Part shown: piece by piece, positions 53,405 to 64,000 of the stretch
How the letters are laid out: every line of letters starts with the position of its first letter
Position numbering within the stretch: position 1 is the stretch's first letter
Assembly (NCBI GenBank): GCA_965240325.2
Contig: OZ251246.1
Location: forward strand, 1,054,001 to 1,118,000
Length of the DNA stretch: 64,000 nt
Source of the DNA: Rebecca billardiae RCC1528
Taxonomy: Eukaryota; Protista; Haptophyta
Direction: 5' to 3'
The notes under the pieces: generated by a model
What the model was told of the DNA's origin: nothing
Database searches by the model: none
What the model saw: only the letters and a program-made list of their open reading frames with translations
Translations under genes and position numbers: made by a program

Positions 53405-54036
53405 TATTGGGTAAACGCGAGCTCCGAGCGTCTCGAGCCCTGCTAAAAGCTCACCGGCACGTCCTCGGGCGCGTCGTCGGTGACGCCCACGAAGGCAATC
53501 TCGACCCTCGCTCTTCGGACGAGCGAAGCTAATCCTCCTGCCGCAACCAACTTTCGGTTGCGCAGGGTGACACGGCGTTTTGCGGCCCGGCTCGGGAATC
53601 TTGTAACCTTCCTGAGCCCCGCTTCCGTGCGTCCGCCAATCGCAGGCGTTACCGACGCACCGCCGTAAGCTCATCTTTCCCCCAGGTACTCGGTAATGTC
53701 ATCGGACCTGGGTAAGCTGCGCACGGACCCATGGCGCCCGCCTGTGCCGCCGGCGTGCCATCCGTGCCGCGTGCGCCGGGCCGTACCGCCCGCGCACGCG
53801 CCGCGTCCGTGTCGCACCGCGTCCGCGCTGCCGCGTCCGCGCTCCGCGTCCACGTCGCTCCGCGCCAGCGCTGCTGCGCTCGCGCTCCTGCCGCCGCGCG
53901 CGCCGCGCGCGCGCGCCGCCAGAGCCAGCCACTGCGTAGCTGATGCCGCCGGCCCGCCTGGTGCGGCGCCGGCCCTGACGTCCCAGCGGCGACGCCATCT
54001 GCTGAGATGCGCGCCCCAGGCTGCGTCAGCTCAACA
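53405..54036 (-). repeat. 5' LTR of the Copia element
   Basis: Direct repeat of 46844-47475; on the element strand it begins TGTTG and ends CAATA. Confidence 0.96.
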
Positions 54037-55054
54037 TAGACGAAAGCCAATCGATGAGCTGGAATATTGCTGGACGACGACCGCCGAGTTTGTAGTCATT
54101 GATGAATCAAAGCTGCTGCTTCTATGATGCTTGATGGCGGAGATGGTGAGCGCCCGTGGTGACTGCTCCAGTCACCAGTGCTCCGTTGCCAGCATGATGA
54201 TTGATGGCGGCCGGATTATTTGTATCCGCCATGATGCTGTAGTAGCCGTAGGCGCGAACAGGTATAGCGCTTCACCAGCAGTGGGCCAGCGCTCGGCTGG
54301 AGGCGTAGGGTACCGAGGCAAGCGGCTGCAGCAAGCGCGTTCGAGGGTGCGTTATTATGACCGCGTTCCGCGGTCCTTTTCCGTAGAACCAACGCAGTTC
54401 GGGGCCCGCGGCGCAGTGGTTGAGAATGAGACTGACGAGTCAGTCAGTCCGAGTCAGAAAGACAGTTCAGCCACTCTGAGAGGGAGAGTCAGACCCGAGA
54501 CCGAGTCTCGGACTCGGCGCGAGTATGCGGGCGCGCACGGCCAAGGGTGGCATGGGACACCAGCGGACGGGCCGCGCGGGGAAGCGGGGCGGCGCGCTCG
54601 CAGGGCGAGAGGCGCGGACGGGCCGCGCGGGGAAGCGGGGCGGCGGCGCGCGCAGGGCGAGAGGGCGAGAGGCGCCGCGCGGCGCCGGGCCGGCGCGTGC
54701 GCGCGTGCGGGCGCACCTGCTTCAGCTTGCAAGGTGCTCGCGCTGCGCCATGCGCTCGACGAAGGGCCGCTGGTCGCGAGCCGGCGCGTGCGCGCGAGCG
54801 GGCGCACCTGCTTGAGGAATGAGGTACTCGCCCTGCGCCATGCGCTCGACGACGGGCCGCTGGTCGCTCAGCCGGCACGCCTCGTGCCGGCAGAGCGAGA
54901 GCGCGCGCCACTGCAGACTGCTGGCCCGCCGGCCTGCCGGCTGCGCAGCCGCGCACCGAGACCGACCGAGCGGAGCTCGGGGCGGTGGAACGAGACGAGC
55001 GGCGCGTCGCGCCTGCCGCCGCGCGTGCGCGCCTGCTCCACCGCGCCGCCGTGC

Positions 55055-55886
55055 TCGCCCGCCGCCTCCTCCGCCGCGTCGGCCTCGAAGACGGCGGCTG
55101 CCAGCGGCAGGCTGAGCTGCGCGCGGCTCACTCACACTGTCTGTGAGTCCTCACGCTGCTGCCGGACCTCCGCGCCGCCGTCGACCGAGTTGAGGAGGAG
55201 CTCGCGCTCGGCGTCGAGGCGCGAGCTCGCGTGCTCGTGCTCGCCCTTCAGCCGCGCGAGCTCCGGGCGCATCCGGCTCATCAGCTCTGCCGCGCCGCTC
55301 GCTCGGCGGCGGCGGGCGGCGCGCTCTGCTCCGGTCGGCGAGCGACGAGCTCGCGTGCTCCGGACTCGGCTCGCCCTTGCGCGCTGCTCCTCGAGTGACG
55401 AACGCGCCCGCGGGCAGGTTGTTGCCCGTCGCCCCCGCCGCGATCTCGCCGCCCCCGCCGCGATCTCGTCGCCCGCCGCCTCCTCCGCCGCGTCGGCCTC
55501 GAAGACGGCGGCTGCCAGCGGCAGGCTGAGCTGCGCGCGGCTCACTCACACTGTCTGTGAGTCCTCACGCTGCTGCCGGACCTCCGCGCCGCCGTCGACC
55601 GAGTTGAGGAGGAGCTCGCGCTCGGCGTCGAGGCGCGAGCTCGCGTGCTCGTGCTCGCCCTTCAGCCGCGCGAGCTCCGGGCGCATCCGGCTCATCAGCT
55701 CTGCCGCGCCGCTCGCTCGGCGGCGGCGGGCGGCGCGCTCTGCTCCGGTCGGCGAGCGACGAGCTCGCGTGCTCCGGACTCGGCTCGCCCTTGCGCGCTG
55801 CTCCTCGAGTGACGAACGCGCCCGCGGGCAGGTTGTTGCCCGTCGCCCCCGCCGCGATCTCGCCGCCCCCGCCGCGATCTCGTCGC
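55055..55886. repeat. Tandem duplication (2 x 414 bp) within a scrambled coiled-coil-like gene relic
   Basis: Sequence from 55055 recurs at 55469 and looks identical. Smaller duplications also occur at about 54566-54650 and about 54690-54870. Confidence 0.9.
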
Positions 55887-55975
55887 GCATGTGTCCGTGG
55901 CGCGCGCCTGCGAGGTGACAGGCGGGCCGCGAGCTCAGCCTCGGGGAGAGCGGAGCGCGGAGGGCGCTGAGACGC

Positions 55976-56227
55976 GCGGCCTGCGAGGCGACAGGCGCGC
56001 TCGGGGAGAGCATTTTACTATTCACATTTAGAAGTGATCAAATTTCCCGAGCCCTTGCCTTGCCGTTTTTATCGGTTGGCGGTTGGCGGCAATCTCATAC
56101 TGCGGCCTGCGAGGCGACAGGCGCGCTCGGGGAGAGCATTTTACTATTCACATTTAGAAGTGAGCAAGTTTCCCGAGCCCTTGCCTTGCCGTTTTTATCG
56201 GTTGGCGGTTGGCGGCAATCTCATACT
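55976..56227. repeat. Tandem duplication (2 x 126 bp)
   Basis: GCGGCCTGCGAGGCGACAGG...AATCTCATACT at 55976 and 56102, with about 2 mismatches. Confidence 0.92.
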
Positions 56228-56644
56228 TAAAATCGCGCTCGTAACGAACCGTTACACTAATGTCACGTCCAGCTGACGTCCAGATCGCACTTTACTTAAG
56301 GGAATCAGCTGGACGCGCTTTTTTTCGGCCTAATAGACCTCTCTATGCGATCTCAAAAACTCGAAACTCGGTCTCCGCCAGCCCTAAAAATCGCCCCCCG
56401 TCCCTTTTTTCTTGATCAAAGATCTTTTTGAAACGTTTTTCGGGCCCGCTGGTGCGGGCTCCACGCTGCGCGCTCCGCCCTGCACCGCGGGCCATTATTG
56501 ACCTCATCGATGAGAGCCAACTGGTTCGCCCTGCAGTACCGGTAGGCGACGCTAGCGGACAAAGTCGATCGGCGGCGGGTGGTATGGCCACGTACTCTTC
56601 TCGCCAGCGGCCGGACACAATCCGCCTCATCGATTATTGTGACG

Positions 56645-56874
<230 letters not shown>

Positions 56875-57417
56875 GCAGACGCCCCGATGACCCCTTTTGG
56901 CGACCGCGGCGGCGCGGCGGGCGACGCCGGCGACGGGGCGTCCGACTGGCGACTTCGACGGGCCGACGGCGATCGCCGTCAGTCACTCACTACTCAGCGT
57001 CAGTCATGTGATCGCGCGCGAGATCGAGTCAGATCGACTGCTAGTGCTACCGGGAGTGCTACAGCTACTGTTGCCCTGGGCCGCTGGGCCGGGCCAGCCG
57101 TCAGCAACCACTGCTCGGCCACTTTGCCCCCCTAGGGGGTCCAAGCCAGCACGGCAGCCCTGCCGGCCGCTCAGCCCGCGCCCGGCACTGCCGGGCACAC
57201 CGTGTGACACGGCCGACGCCAGCACCGCGGCGGCCCCGCCGGCCCGGTCCCCCTGGCCGCCCGAGGGCCCCTGGCGGCCGGCCCCGCGGCGCCGGCACAC
57301 GCCCGGACATCTCGCAGCGCTGATACACGCATGGGAAGCATGGGCCCGGCCAGTAGGCAGGCTGGCCCGCAACGCCTAGCCTCGGCCCGCAGGTCGCCTG
57401 AGCAGCCTTCGCTGCGA

Positions 57418-59196
57418 TCAGCCCGCCGGCGCCGCGCCGCGCCGCGCGTACAGCACCAGATAGGGCGTGCCCATCTCGCCGCCCCCGCCCTCAGAGTGCT
57501 GCCACTGCGCGTCGGCGCCGCCCTGTGCGGCGGTGTCGTCCGCCGCTGGCGCCGGCGGGGCCTCGCCGAGCAGCGCCGCGCGCTGCGCTGGGCCGAGCTC
57601 CGTGACGCTCTCGTCGTCGCAGAGCAGCCAGCGCGCGTGCGCGTCGGCAGGGCCGTCGGCGCCGCGCCCGGCGCGCGAGCGCACGCACGCGGTGTAGTGC
57701 CCCACCCCGAGCGAGAGGCCCGCGTGGCAGACCGCGCCCACCAGGTCGTACAGCTGCGCAGGGGCAGCTGCTGACGCAGGGGCTGCTGACGCAGGGGCGG
57801 CTGCAGCTGCAGCGGCTGCTGGGGCAGTAGGCTCAGACAGTGCGCGCTGGGGGGCGGGCGCTACGCGGCTGCGGCCCGCGTCCACGTGCGCGGCGCAGCC
57901 GGCGGGCGGGTGCGTGTGCCCCGCGCCGGCGCGCCCGCCCTCCGCGCTCCACTCCGCCAGGTCGAGCGTGAGCGGCAGGGGCGCGCGCAGCTCGCCCTTG
58001 AGCGCACGGCACGCGCGCGCGTCCGGTGCGCCCTCGGCCGCTCGGCCGGCGGAGGGCGCGCCGGGGGCGGGCGTGGCGCGCTCGGCGCCGAGGGCGCACG
58101 GGGCGGGGTCGTCGTCCGGCTCGGACGGGTACCCAGCCCCGACCTCCTCCTCCTCCCCGCCGCCCACCACCGCGCCGCCGAGCAGCGAGAGCACGAGCAG
58201 CGCCGGCGCCTCCGCGATCTCAGTCGTGCGCACAGCCTCGGTGCGGGTACCGCAGTGGGCGCACTCGGCCTTGTTCGAGCCGCGCAGCCGCTCGGCGCGG
58301 AAGCAGCGGCGCAGCGCGGCGCGCACGCGCTGCGTCGGCTGCACCGCCTCGAGCTCCGCCCCGCCGAGCACCACGGGCAGCTCGACGAACGGCTCGGCGC
58401 CGCTCGTGGCGCCGTCGCACTCGAGGCAGCGGCGGCCATGGCTGAGGGTGCCGCCGAAGAGGCCCATCAGTGAGGACGCGCGCGCGGCGGCGGCGCGCTG
58501 GCGCTGCGCGTGCGCGACGGCGCAGTGCGGCAGCGGCGGCTCGCGCGCGCGGCGTGGCGCGCCCCTCGGCGCCGCACCGCCGCCGCCGCCGCCGCCGTCC
58601 GCGCGCGCGCGCCCCTCTCCCGCCGAGTGGCACGCCCACAGCAGTGCGCGCAGTAGCTCGAGCGCGTCGTGCTGCACGCCGGGGACGAAGCCCGGGTGGT
58701 GCGCGCGCACGGCGTACGCGAGCCCGTCCGGGCGCACGGGCGCGGGCGGCTCGGCGCGCGCGGGCGCGCCGAGCTCGCCAAAGAGCCGGGCGAGCGCCGC
58801 GATCAGCTCGAGGTCTGAGCCCACCACCCCGTCCTCGGACCGAGCGCCGTCGGTGAGCGCGGCGACGGCGGTGGTGGCGGAGCGCCGGCCGTGCGGCTTG
58901 ACGGCGAGCGCGCACACCGCCTCGCGGAACGTCTCCGCGTGGAAGAGGCACTGCACCGTCGCGTTGAGGAAGCACGTGTTGCCCAGGTTTGCGAGGCCCG
59001 CCACGCCGCACACGCTCGCGGCGCGCGGCGGAGGCGCGGGCGGAGGGTTGGCGTGCGCAGCGGGGAGCGAGGCGGCCGACGACGCCGGCCCCGAGAGTGG
59101 TGGGCTGGAGCTATGCGGCGTCGACTCGCCCACCGGCACGAGCGCCTGGCGCTTGACGAGTGTGCCGTCCTTGAGCGAGCGCCCTCGCAGCGGCAT
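57418..59196 (-). CDS. Ubiquitin-specific protease (peptidase C19)
   Basis: Cys box GLANLGNTCFLNATVQCL, QHDALE, CLEC/CAHC zinc ligands, His box HAGLSLGVGHYTA, WLLCDD and PYLVLY. Confidence 0.92.
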   Translation of the reverse strand: MPLRGRSLKDGTLVKRQALVPVGESTPHSSSPPLSGPASSAASLPAAHANPPPAPPPRAASVCGVAGLANLGNTCFLNATVQCLFHAETFREAVCALAVKPHGRRSATTAVAALTDGARSEDGVVGSDLELIAALARLFGELGAPARAEPPAPVRPDGLAYAVRAHHPGFVPGVQHDALELLRALLWACHSAGEGRARADGGGGGGGAAPRGAPRRAREPPLPHCAVAHAQRQRAAAARASSLMGLFGGTLSHGRRCLECDGATSGAEPFVELPVVLGGAELEAVQPTQRVRAALRRCFRAERLRGSNKAECAHCGTRTEAVRTTEIAEAPALLVLSLLGGAVVGGGEEEEVGAGYPSEPDDDPAPCALGAERATPAPGAPSAGRAAEGAPDARACRALKGELRAPLPLTLDLAEWSAEGGRAGAGHTHPPAGCAAHVDAGRSRVAPAPQRALSEPTAPAAAAAAAAPASAAPASAAAPAQLYDLVGAVCHAGLSLGVGHYTACVRSRAGRGADGPADAHARWLLCDDESVTELGPAQRAALLGEAPPAPAADDTAAQGGADAQWQHSEGGGGEMGTPYLVLYARRGAAPAG

Positions 59197-59300
59197 TGTG
59201 CGCGCGGGGCGCGGGCGGCCCGGGCGGCAGTTTGAAGCCGTGCGCAACGTCAACCATGGCGGCTGTCGCTGTTTGCGGCGGAAGGATATGAACGGCGTCA

Positions 59301-60398
59301 TCATGATTTCGCGCGCGTGATGCTGCCCCGACTCGATATCGCCTTCGCACGTCGGCGGGCCCGTAATGAGCGGAATAAGCCGCCTGTGTGGCCAGGCTGC
59401 AGCAGGGGTGTGCCCGTGCGCAGCTGCGAGCCGCGTGCTCCAAGCTGCCGCCCCGCGCCCGCGGGCGCTGCCGCGTTGGCGGCGCGCCCGGCAACGCGCT
59501 CGCCACCACTCTCCGCGCGAGCTGCGGCCGACTGTGCCCTCACGCGAGGCCGCGCGGCACCATCGTCGCCCGGCACGCACGCATCGTACAGCAGCGCACT
59601 CGCCGCCTCGCGCGCGCAGCCCAGCCGCTGCAGAACCGCGTCCACTCGGCGGTACGTGCCGTCGCCGTGTGTGAAGTTGTTCACGCGCGGCACGTCCGGC
59701 GGCGCGTCCGGCGTGCGCGGCCGCCCGCTTCCGGGCACGTCCGCCGGCGAGAGCACCAGCCTCGTCACCGTCCCCTCCCGCTGCGGCCGCGCGCGCGTGA
59801 GCCAGTCCAGCACCCGGCTGAGCTGCGCTCCGGACACGCCCGCCACGTCAAGCAGCGCAAAGCGGTTGCGCAGCTGCGCGCTCGAGTTGAAGAAGGCGAG
59901 GATGTCGCGCTGCCGCGCGGCCTCCTTCACCACCCAGCTCGCGATCGCCTCGTCCGTGTTGTTCACGAATAGCTCGCCCGCCTGCGGGCACGTGGCGCCG
60001 ACCGGCACGCAGCCGTGCCACCGGCGCGAGCGAGTAGCGTGGTCGGACTTGGAGACGAGCCAGCTGCGGAGCGCGCGCGTGTTGAGCGCGAAGCGGCCGG
60101 AGGGGTACGCCTTGGCCAACCAGCGGTAGTCAGCCTTGTCACCGCGGTCCGAGAAGGCGTCGTACTTGCGCAGCAGCGACTTGTCGTGCGCCTGCGACGC
60201 CACCGACCAGCTCCGAAGGCCGGGGCACCGGCCGTGGCACGGGACGTAGCCGCGCTCGTAAAAGATTCTCGCGAGCGTGGAGGTGCCTGTCTTCATTGGC
60301 CCGAGGCAAAACGCCTTGCTCGCGTTCCTCAGCGCGTGCGCCGGCCCCATGAGGGCACAACACACGAAGACCAATACGTGCAGCGACGCCGACGACAT
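59301..60398 (-). CDS. Sulfotransferase-family (P-loop) protein with signal peptide
   Basis: KAFCLGPMKTGTSTL (5'-PSB), YDAFSD and YPSGRFALNTR..W..S (3'-PB). The C-terminal extent is uncertain. Confidence 0.82.
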   Translation of the reverse strand: MSSASLHVLVFVCCALMGPAHALRNASKAFCLGPMKTGTSTLARIFYERGYVPCHGRCPGLRSWSVASQAHDKSLLRKYDAFSDRGDKADYRWLAKAYPSGRFALNTRALRSWLVSKSDHATRSRRWHGCVPVGATCPQAGELFVNNTDEAIASWVVKEAARQRDILAFFNSSAQLRNRFALLDVAGVSGAQLSRVLDWLTRARPQREGTVTRLVLSPADVPGSGRPRTPDAPPDVPRVNNFTHGDGTYRRVDAVLQRLGCAREAASALLYDACVPGDDGAARPRVRAQSAAARAESGGERVAGRAANAAAPAGAGRQLGARGSQLRTGTPLLQPGHTGGLFRSLRARRRAKAISSRGSITRAKS

Positions 60399-60487
60399 GG
60401 GCGTCTTGCTGTGCCGCCATGCGTGATGCACAAAATCAAAAACCAAAAACAGCACGGCTCAATAAATTCCGGACCTCCGACCGGGAC

Positions 60488-60654
60488 ACTACTAACTTCG
60501 GCGAGTCCAACTACTACTAACTTCGGCGAGTCCAACTACTACTAACTTCGGCGAGTCCAACTACCACGCTAACTTCGGCGAGTCCAACTACTACTAACTC
60601 CGGCGAGTCCAACTACTACTAACGTCGGCGAGTCCAACTACTACTAACTTCGGC
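60488..60654. repeat. 25-bp minisatellite (about 6.5 copies of ACTAACTTCGGCGAGTCCAACTACT)
   Basis: Head-to-tail units at 60491, 60516, 60541, 60568, 60593, 60618 and 60643 (partial). Confidence 0.95.
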
Positions 60655-61044
60655 CACAACATCAATCATCATCCACCAGCTGCTGACCAAGAACAGGCTA
60701 CACCATCGTCCACCATGACCAGCCACTGACCAAGTAGGCGACGACATCATCCGCACCAGCTGCTGACCAAGTAGGGGACGGCCTGGCCGACGCCAACATG
60801 CTCACTCGCCTTTGATTCCGTACCCATGCACTTCCTGGTGGGCCTGACGACGTCCGGACGACGACAACAACGACATCCGCCATGGGTGATGGGGACCAAC
60901 ATCAACGTGCTCACACCACTGCCACTGCTGCAAGCTTCGACCAGTACCACTACAGACGAATCAGGAGAGCTGCGCCCTCGTGCCTGTGTCTTTAAATCAT
61001 AGAATTGGTCCAGACCCGCGTCGTCCTACCTGTGTCGTCTTTAA

Positions 61045-62561
61045 GGTGGCACGGCAGGAAACCGCCGGACTGCGACGTAACAGCCATGGCTGCCGCGTGC
61101 GCACGCCGATTGGGGGCTCGTGCGCGCCGAGCGCGTACAGCACGGTCCGGAGCGCATGCCGGGTGGTCAAAGCACGTGCGCCGGCCTCCTGGCCCGCCCC
61201 CTGATGAGCTCGTCGCGTCTCTCCTCACGCTCCAGCCGTGGACCAGCGTGCACACGTGCGGGTCGGCTGGCGAGCTGCAGACGCGGTGGATGCGCTGCAT
61301 GGTATGTGCGCCACTGGCCGCCCAGATGGTCAGGGCGTACGGGGGCGGACGTGCACACGTGCGTCCAGTCGTTTGAACCGCGCGCCGAGGCTGATTTGGA
61401 GGTGAGCACCTACTCGCGGATGTCGGCGGCACTCCGTGGGCAGCCCGTGGGGCCACAGAAGCCACGGCGGGCAGCATTCGGGCGAGATGTACATGGCCCC
61501 ATGACGGCAGGGAGCGCTCTGTGCGTACGCTACGGGTCCCGCCGAGGTCATTGATACGGGCTTCGCCTGTGTCCGTGGCTAGAACAGGCTGCTCGGGGGC
61601 CCACGGATCACCGTGCATGGTGCTGGTGGCCCCGGCGCCCCAGAGTAGGCTATACGCGGCATGCCAAAACTCGAAATCTTTTATAGAACTTCAACCGGGA
61701 CCCTAGCTACTCTCGAGCCCTTCCCATAAGCTGTGTTCAGCCAGCTCGGCATGCGAATCGTATTGCACGTTTTGAAATTAACACGAAAATGGTCCAAAAT
61801 CGCCGATTTTGGACCATTTTCGTGTTAATTTCAAAACGTGCAATACGATTCGCATGCCGAGCTGGCTAAGCACAGTTTATGGGAAGAGCTCGAGGGTAGA
61901 TAGGGTCCCAGTTGAAGTTCTATAAAAGATTTCGAGTTTTGGCATGCCGCGTATAGCCTACTCTGGGGCGCCGGGGCCACCAGCACCATGGGCGGTGATC
62001 CGTGGGCCCCCGAGCAGCCTGTTCTAGCCACGGACACAGGCGAAGCCCGTATCACTGACCTCGGCGGGACCCGTAGCGTACGCACAGAGCGCTCCCTGCC
62101 GCCATGGGGCCGTGTACATCTCGCCCGAATGCTGCCCGCCGTGGCTTCTGTGGCCCCACGGGCTGCCCACGGAGTGCCGCCGACATCCGCGAGTAGGTGC
62201 ACACCTCCAAAACAGCCTCGGCGCGCGGTTCAAACGACTGGACGCACGTGTGCACGCCCACCCCCGTACGCTCTGACCATCTGGGCGGCCAGTGGCGCAC
62301 AAACCATGCAGCGCATCCACCGCGTCTGCAGATCGCCAGCCGACCCGCACGTGTGCACGCTGGTCCACGGCTGGAGCGTGAGGAGAGACGCGACGAGCTC
62401 ATCAGGGGGCGAGCCAGGAGGCCGGCGCACGTGCTTTGACCACCCGGCATGCGCTCCGGACCGTGCTGTACGCGCTCGGCGCGCACGAGCCCCCAATCGG
62501 CGTGCGCACGCGGCAGCCATGGCTGTTACGTCGCAGTCCGGCGGTTTCCTGCCGTGCCACC
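61045..62561. mobile_element. Foldback (palindromic) element, TTAA TSD, GG...CC termini (Kolobok-type ends)
   Basis: 758-bp inverted arms meet at 61803 with a 1-nt centre; TTAA at 61041-61044 and 62562-62565. Confidence 0.88.
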
Positions 62562-62668
62562 TTAAATCATAGAATGGGTCCGAGCGACCGTTGTCCGTTT
62601 GCCGCATCGAGCGACGAGTTGAGAGCGTGTCCAACACGCTGATTGTACGCGGCACGGCCGGCAGCCGC

Positions 62669-63109
62669 ATGGGTCGAGGGCGGAGCGCACACATCTGCGC
62701 CCTTTGCGGCCGCGCATTCAGCAGTGGGCACGCACTCGGGCAGCACACGGACGCCAAGCATAGCAGCTTCTATGATGACGAGGACATGCCCGAAGCACCT
62801 GCCGGCCTCGAGGGGAAGGGAGAGTGGCGTAAACGCCATGACTTTCACGGCAAGAAGAGCTTTGGATTCTTCACGTGCACGTGCGGAGCGTACTGGCTCT
62901 CAGCCCATGCCTTTACGAACGAGTTCAAACAGATGTGCAAGACATGCCGCAAGTGGTGGCAGCCAGAGCTCATGTGGCACAACTACTCCTCCCACTCCCG
63001 CGACCAGTTCTCCAACCAACAGCGCGGGGGGGAACATCTCAAGCCGCACCATCGAGACAAGTGCGAGGCATGTGCTGCGGGAGTGTGCACGGCCTGTTCT
63101 GCATATTGA
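62669..63109 (+). CDS. C2H2 zinc finger + zf-3CxxC (ZAR1/RTP-like) small protein
   Basis: CALC..F..L..H....H, then FGFFTCTC..WLS..QMCKTC..H....CEAC..GVC. Confidence 0.8.
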   Translation: MGRGRSAHICALCGRAFSSGHALGQHTDAKHSSFYDDEDMPEAPAGLEGKGEWRKRHDFHGKKSFGFFTCTCGAYWLSAHAFTNEFKQMCKTCRKWWQPELMWHNYSSHSRDQFSNQQRGGEHLKPHHRDKCEACAAGVCTACSAY

Positions 63110-63864
63110 TGTGGATGGACTACTCTGACATCTCCCGAACCGTAGGCCGCTGCATAAGTCATCCAAGCCCCGCTCGTGTTCGCCTCCGAGCGGACCGTAC
63201 GGGCTGGCCGTTCGTCAGTAACGACGACTTCTCTTGGCTTGACACTGTGCCCGCGACCATTCCTAGTCTCAGTCCACGCAGAAGTCAAGAACTGCGAGTT
63301 CAGTGGTAGTAGGGCCATCAGTCAGACCTATGCCTGTGAATATAGCGCGGCACAGTAGCTAGCTGTTGGCGGCCGCTACAGTAGTAGTCACACATCGTGT
63401 TCGGCTCCGGGGCTGGCGCAGCCTTATGACTATGTCGGCCGCCGGCACGGTGCGCAGGGCGTCCGTTACGAGTCTGGCGCTTGCATGTGGCTATACTACT
63501 ACACCGACACCGTATCATATTCACAGTCTCCGCATACGGCATACGAGCTAAGACCACGAGGTGCACATCACTAGCTGGCCCTTCGGGTTGTGGCTGCCTG
63601 GCGCTGCGAGTACTGTATACATATGTATGCCCGTGCCGACGTGCATCAGCATGCACTCCACGCCACACGTTCAGCGGGCCACGACTCACGTAAGCCACTA
63701 GCCAGGCGGAAGAAAGTAGCCATTCTACGACGAGCCCGACAAGGCCACGCTCCATAGCAGGCGTCATCACTGCATCCACAACGAGGGCAACGATAAAACT
63801 AGGCTACCTGGGCGAATCATGTTATTGTTGTCACCGCGGTGACAACTGACAACTGACTATTGCT

Positions 63865-64000
63865 GCCGGAGGGGTACGCTTCGGCCAACCAGCGGTAGCC
63901 AGCCTTCTCGCCGCGGTCCGAGAAGGCGTCGCAATTGCGCAGCAGCGACTTGTCGTGCGCCTGCGACGCCACCGATCAGCTCTTGAAGTCGGGGCACCGG
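63865..64000 (-). pseudogene. Truncated pseudogene copy of the sulfotransferase (matches 60096-60231)
   Basis: Collinear near-copy with a TGG>TGA stop. Homology ends abruptly at 63865 and the copy runs off the window edge. Confidence 0.85.

Larger units (their letters stand above)
46844..54036 (-). mobile_element. Full-length Ty1/Copia LTR retrotransposon (7.19 kb)
   Basis: 632-bp LTRs (53405-54036 and 46844-47475) identical by eye; 5-bp TSD TAGAC (46839-46843 / 54037-54041); G-rich PPT next to the 3' LTR; gag-PR-IN-RT-RH order. Confidence 0.97.

Noticed and set aside
54042-54440. Degraded SET-like pseudogene interrupted by the Copia (FINDY-like peptide on -)
   Set aside because: Multiple stops and too little similarity to support a call.
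60488-60654. CRISPR-like array
   Set aside because: Units are head-to-tail with no unique spacers, there are no cas genes, and the context is eukaryotic.
60992-62572. About 200-aa ORFs in the foldback arms as a transposase
   Set aside because: No DDE or other motifs; they are simply mirrored by the palindrome.

Overview
GC-rich eukaryotic nuclear DNA: coding regions are very GC-rich, introns are short GT-AG introns full of GCGCGC, and there are (TA)n tracts. The style suggests a haptophyte such as a Pavlovophyceae alga (inference only). About 22 protein genes are supportable: a tandem MgtC/SapB pair, DedA, JmjC/cupin, FkbM methyltransferase, Rab23, PP5, a SIM-containing RING-H2 E3, two hypothetical membrane proteins, a possible UBL-like protein, a tandem SRCR pair, ERGIC3, sterol C5-desaturase head-to-head with an F-box/cytochrome b5 fusion, an inverted head-to-head SGNH/TBL-like pair, NAPRT, USP, a sulfotransferase and a C2H2+3CxxC protein. 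Mobile DNA is abundant: a young full-length Copia element, a 5'-truncated CRE-like LINE, several TIR elements/MITEs and a 1.5-kb TTAA-flanked foldback palindrome. Most notable: (1) a TA-TSD transposon splits a perfect PTS2 signal at the NAPRT N-terminus and could be spliced out in frame; (2) the Copia has TG...TA LTRs, no standard PBS and a -1 slippery heptamer between protease and integrase; (3) repeat copies in intergenic DNA diverge mainly by clustered 2-12 nt insertions/micro-duplications; (4) the spacerless foldback; (5) a candidate C/D snoRNA in a PP5 intron. All calls were made by eye, without database searches.
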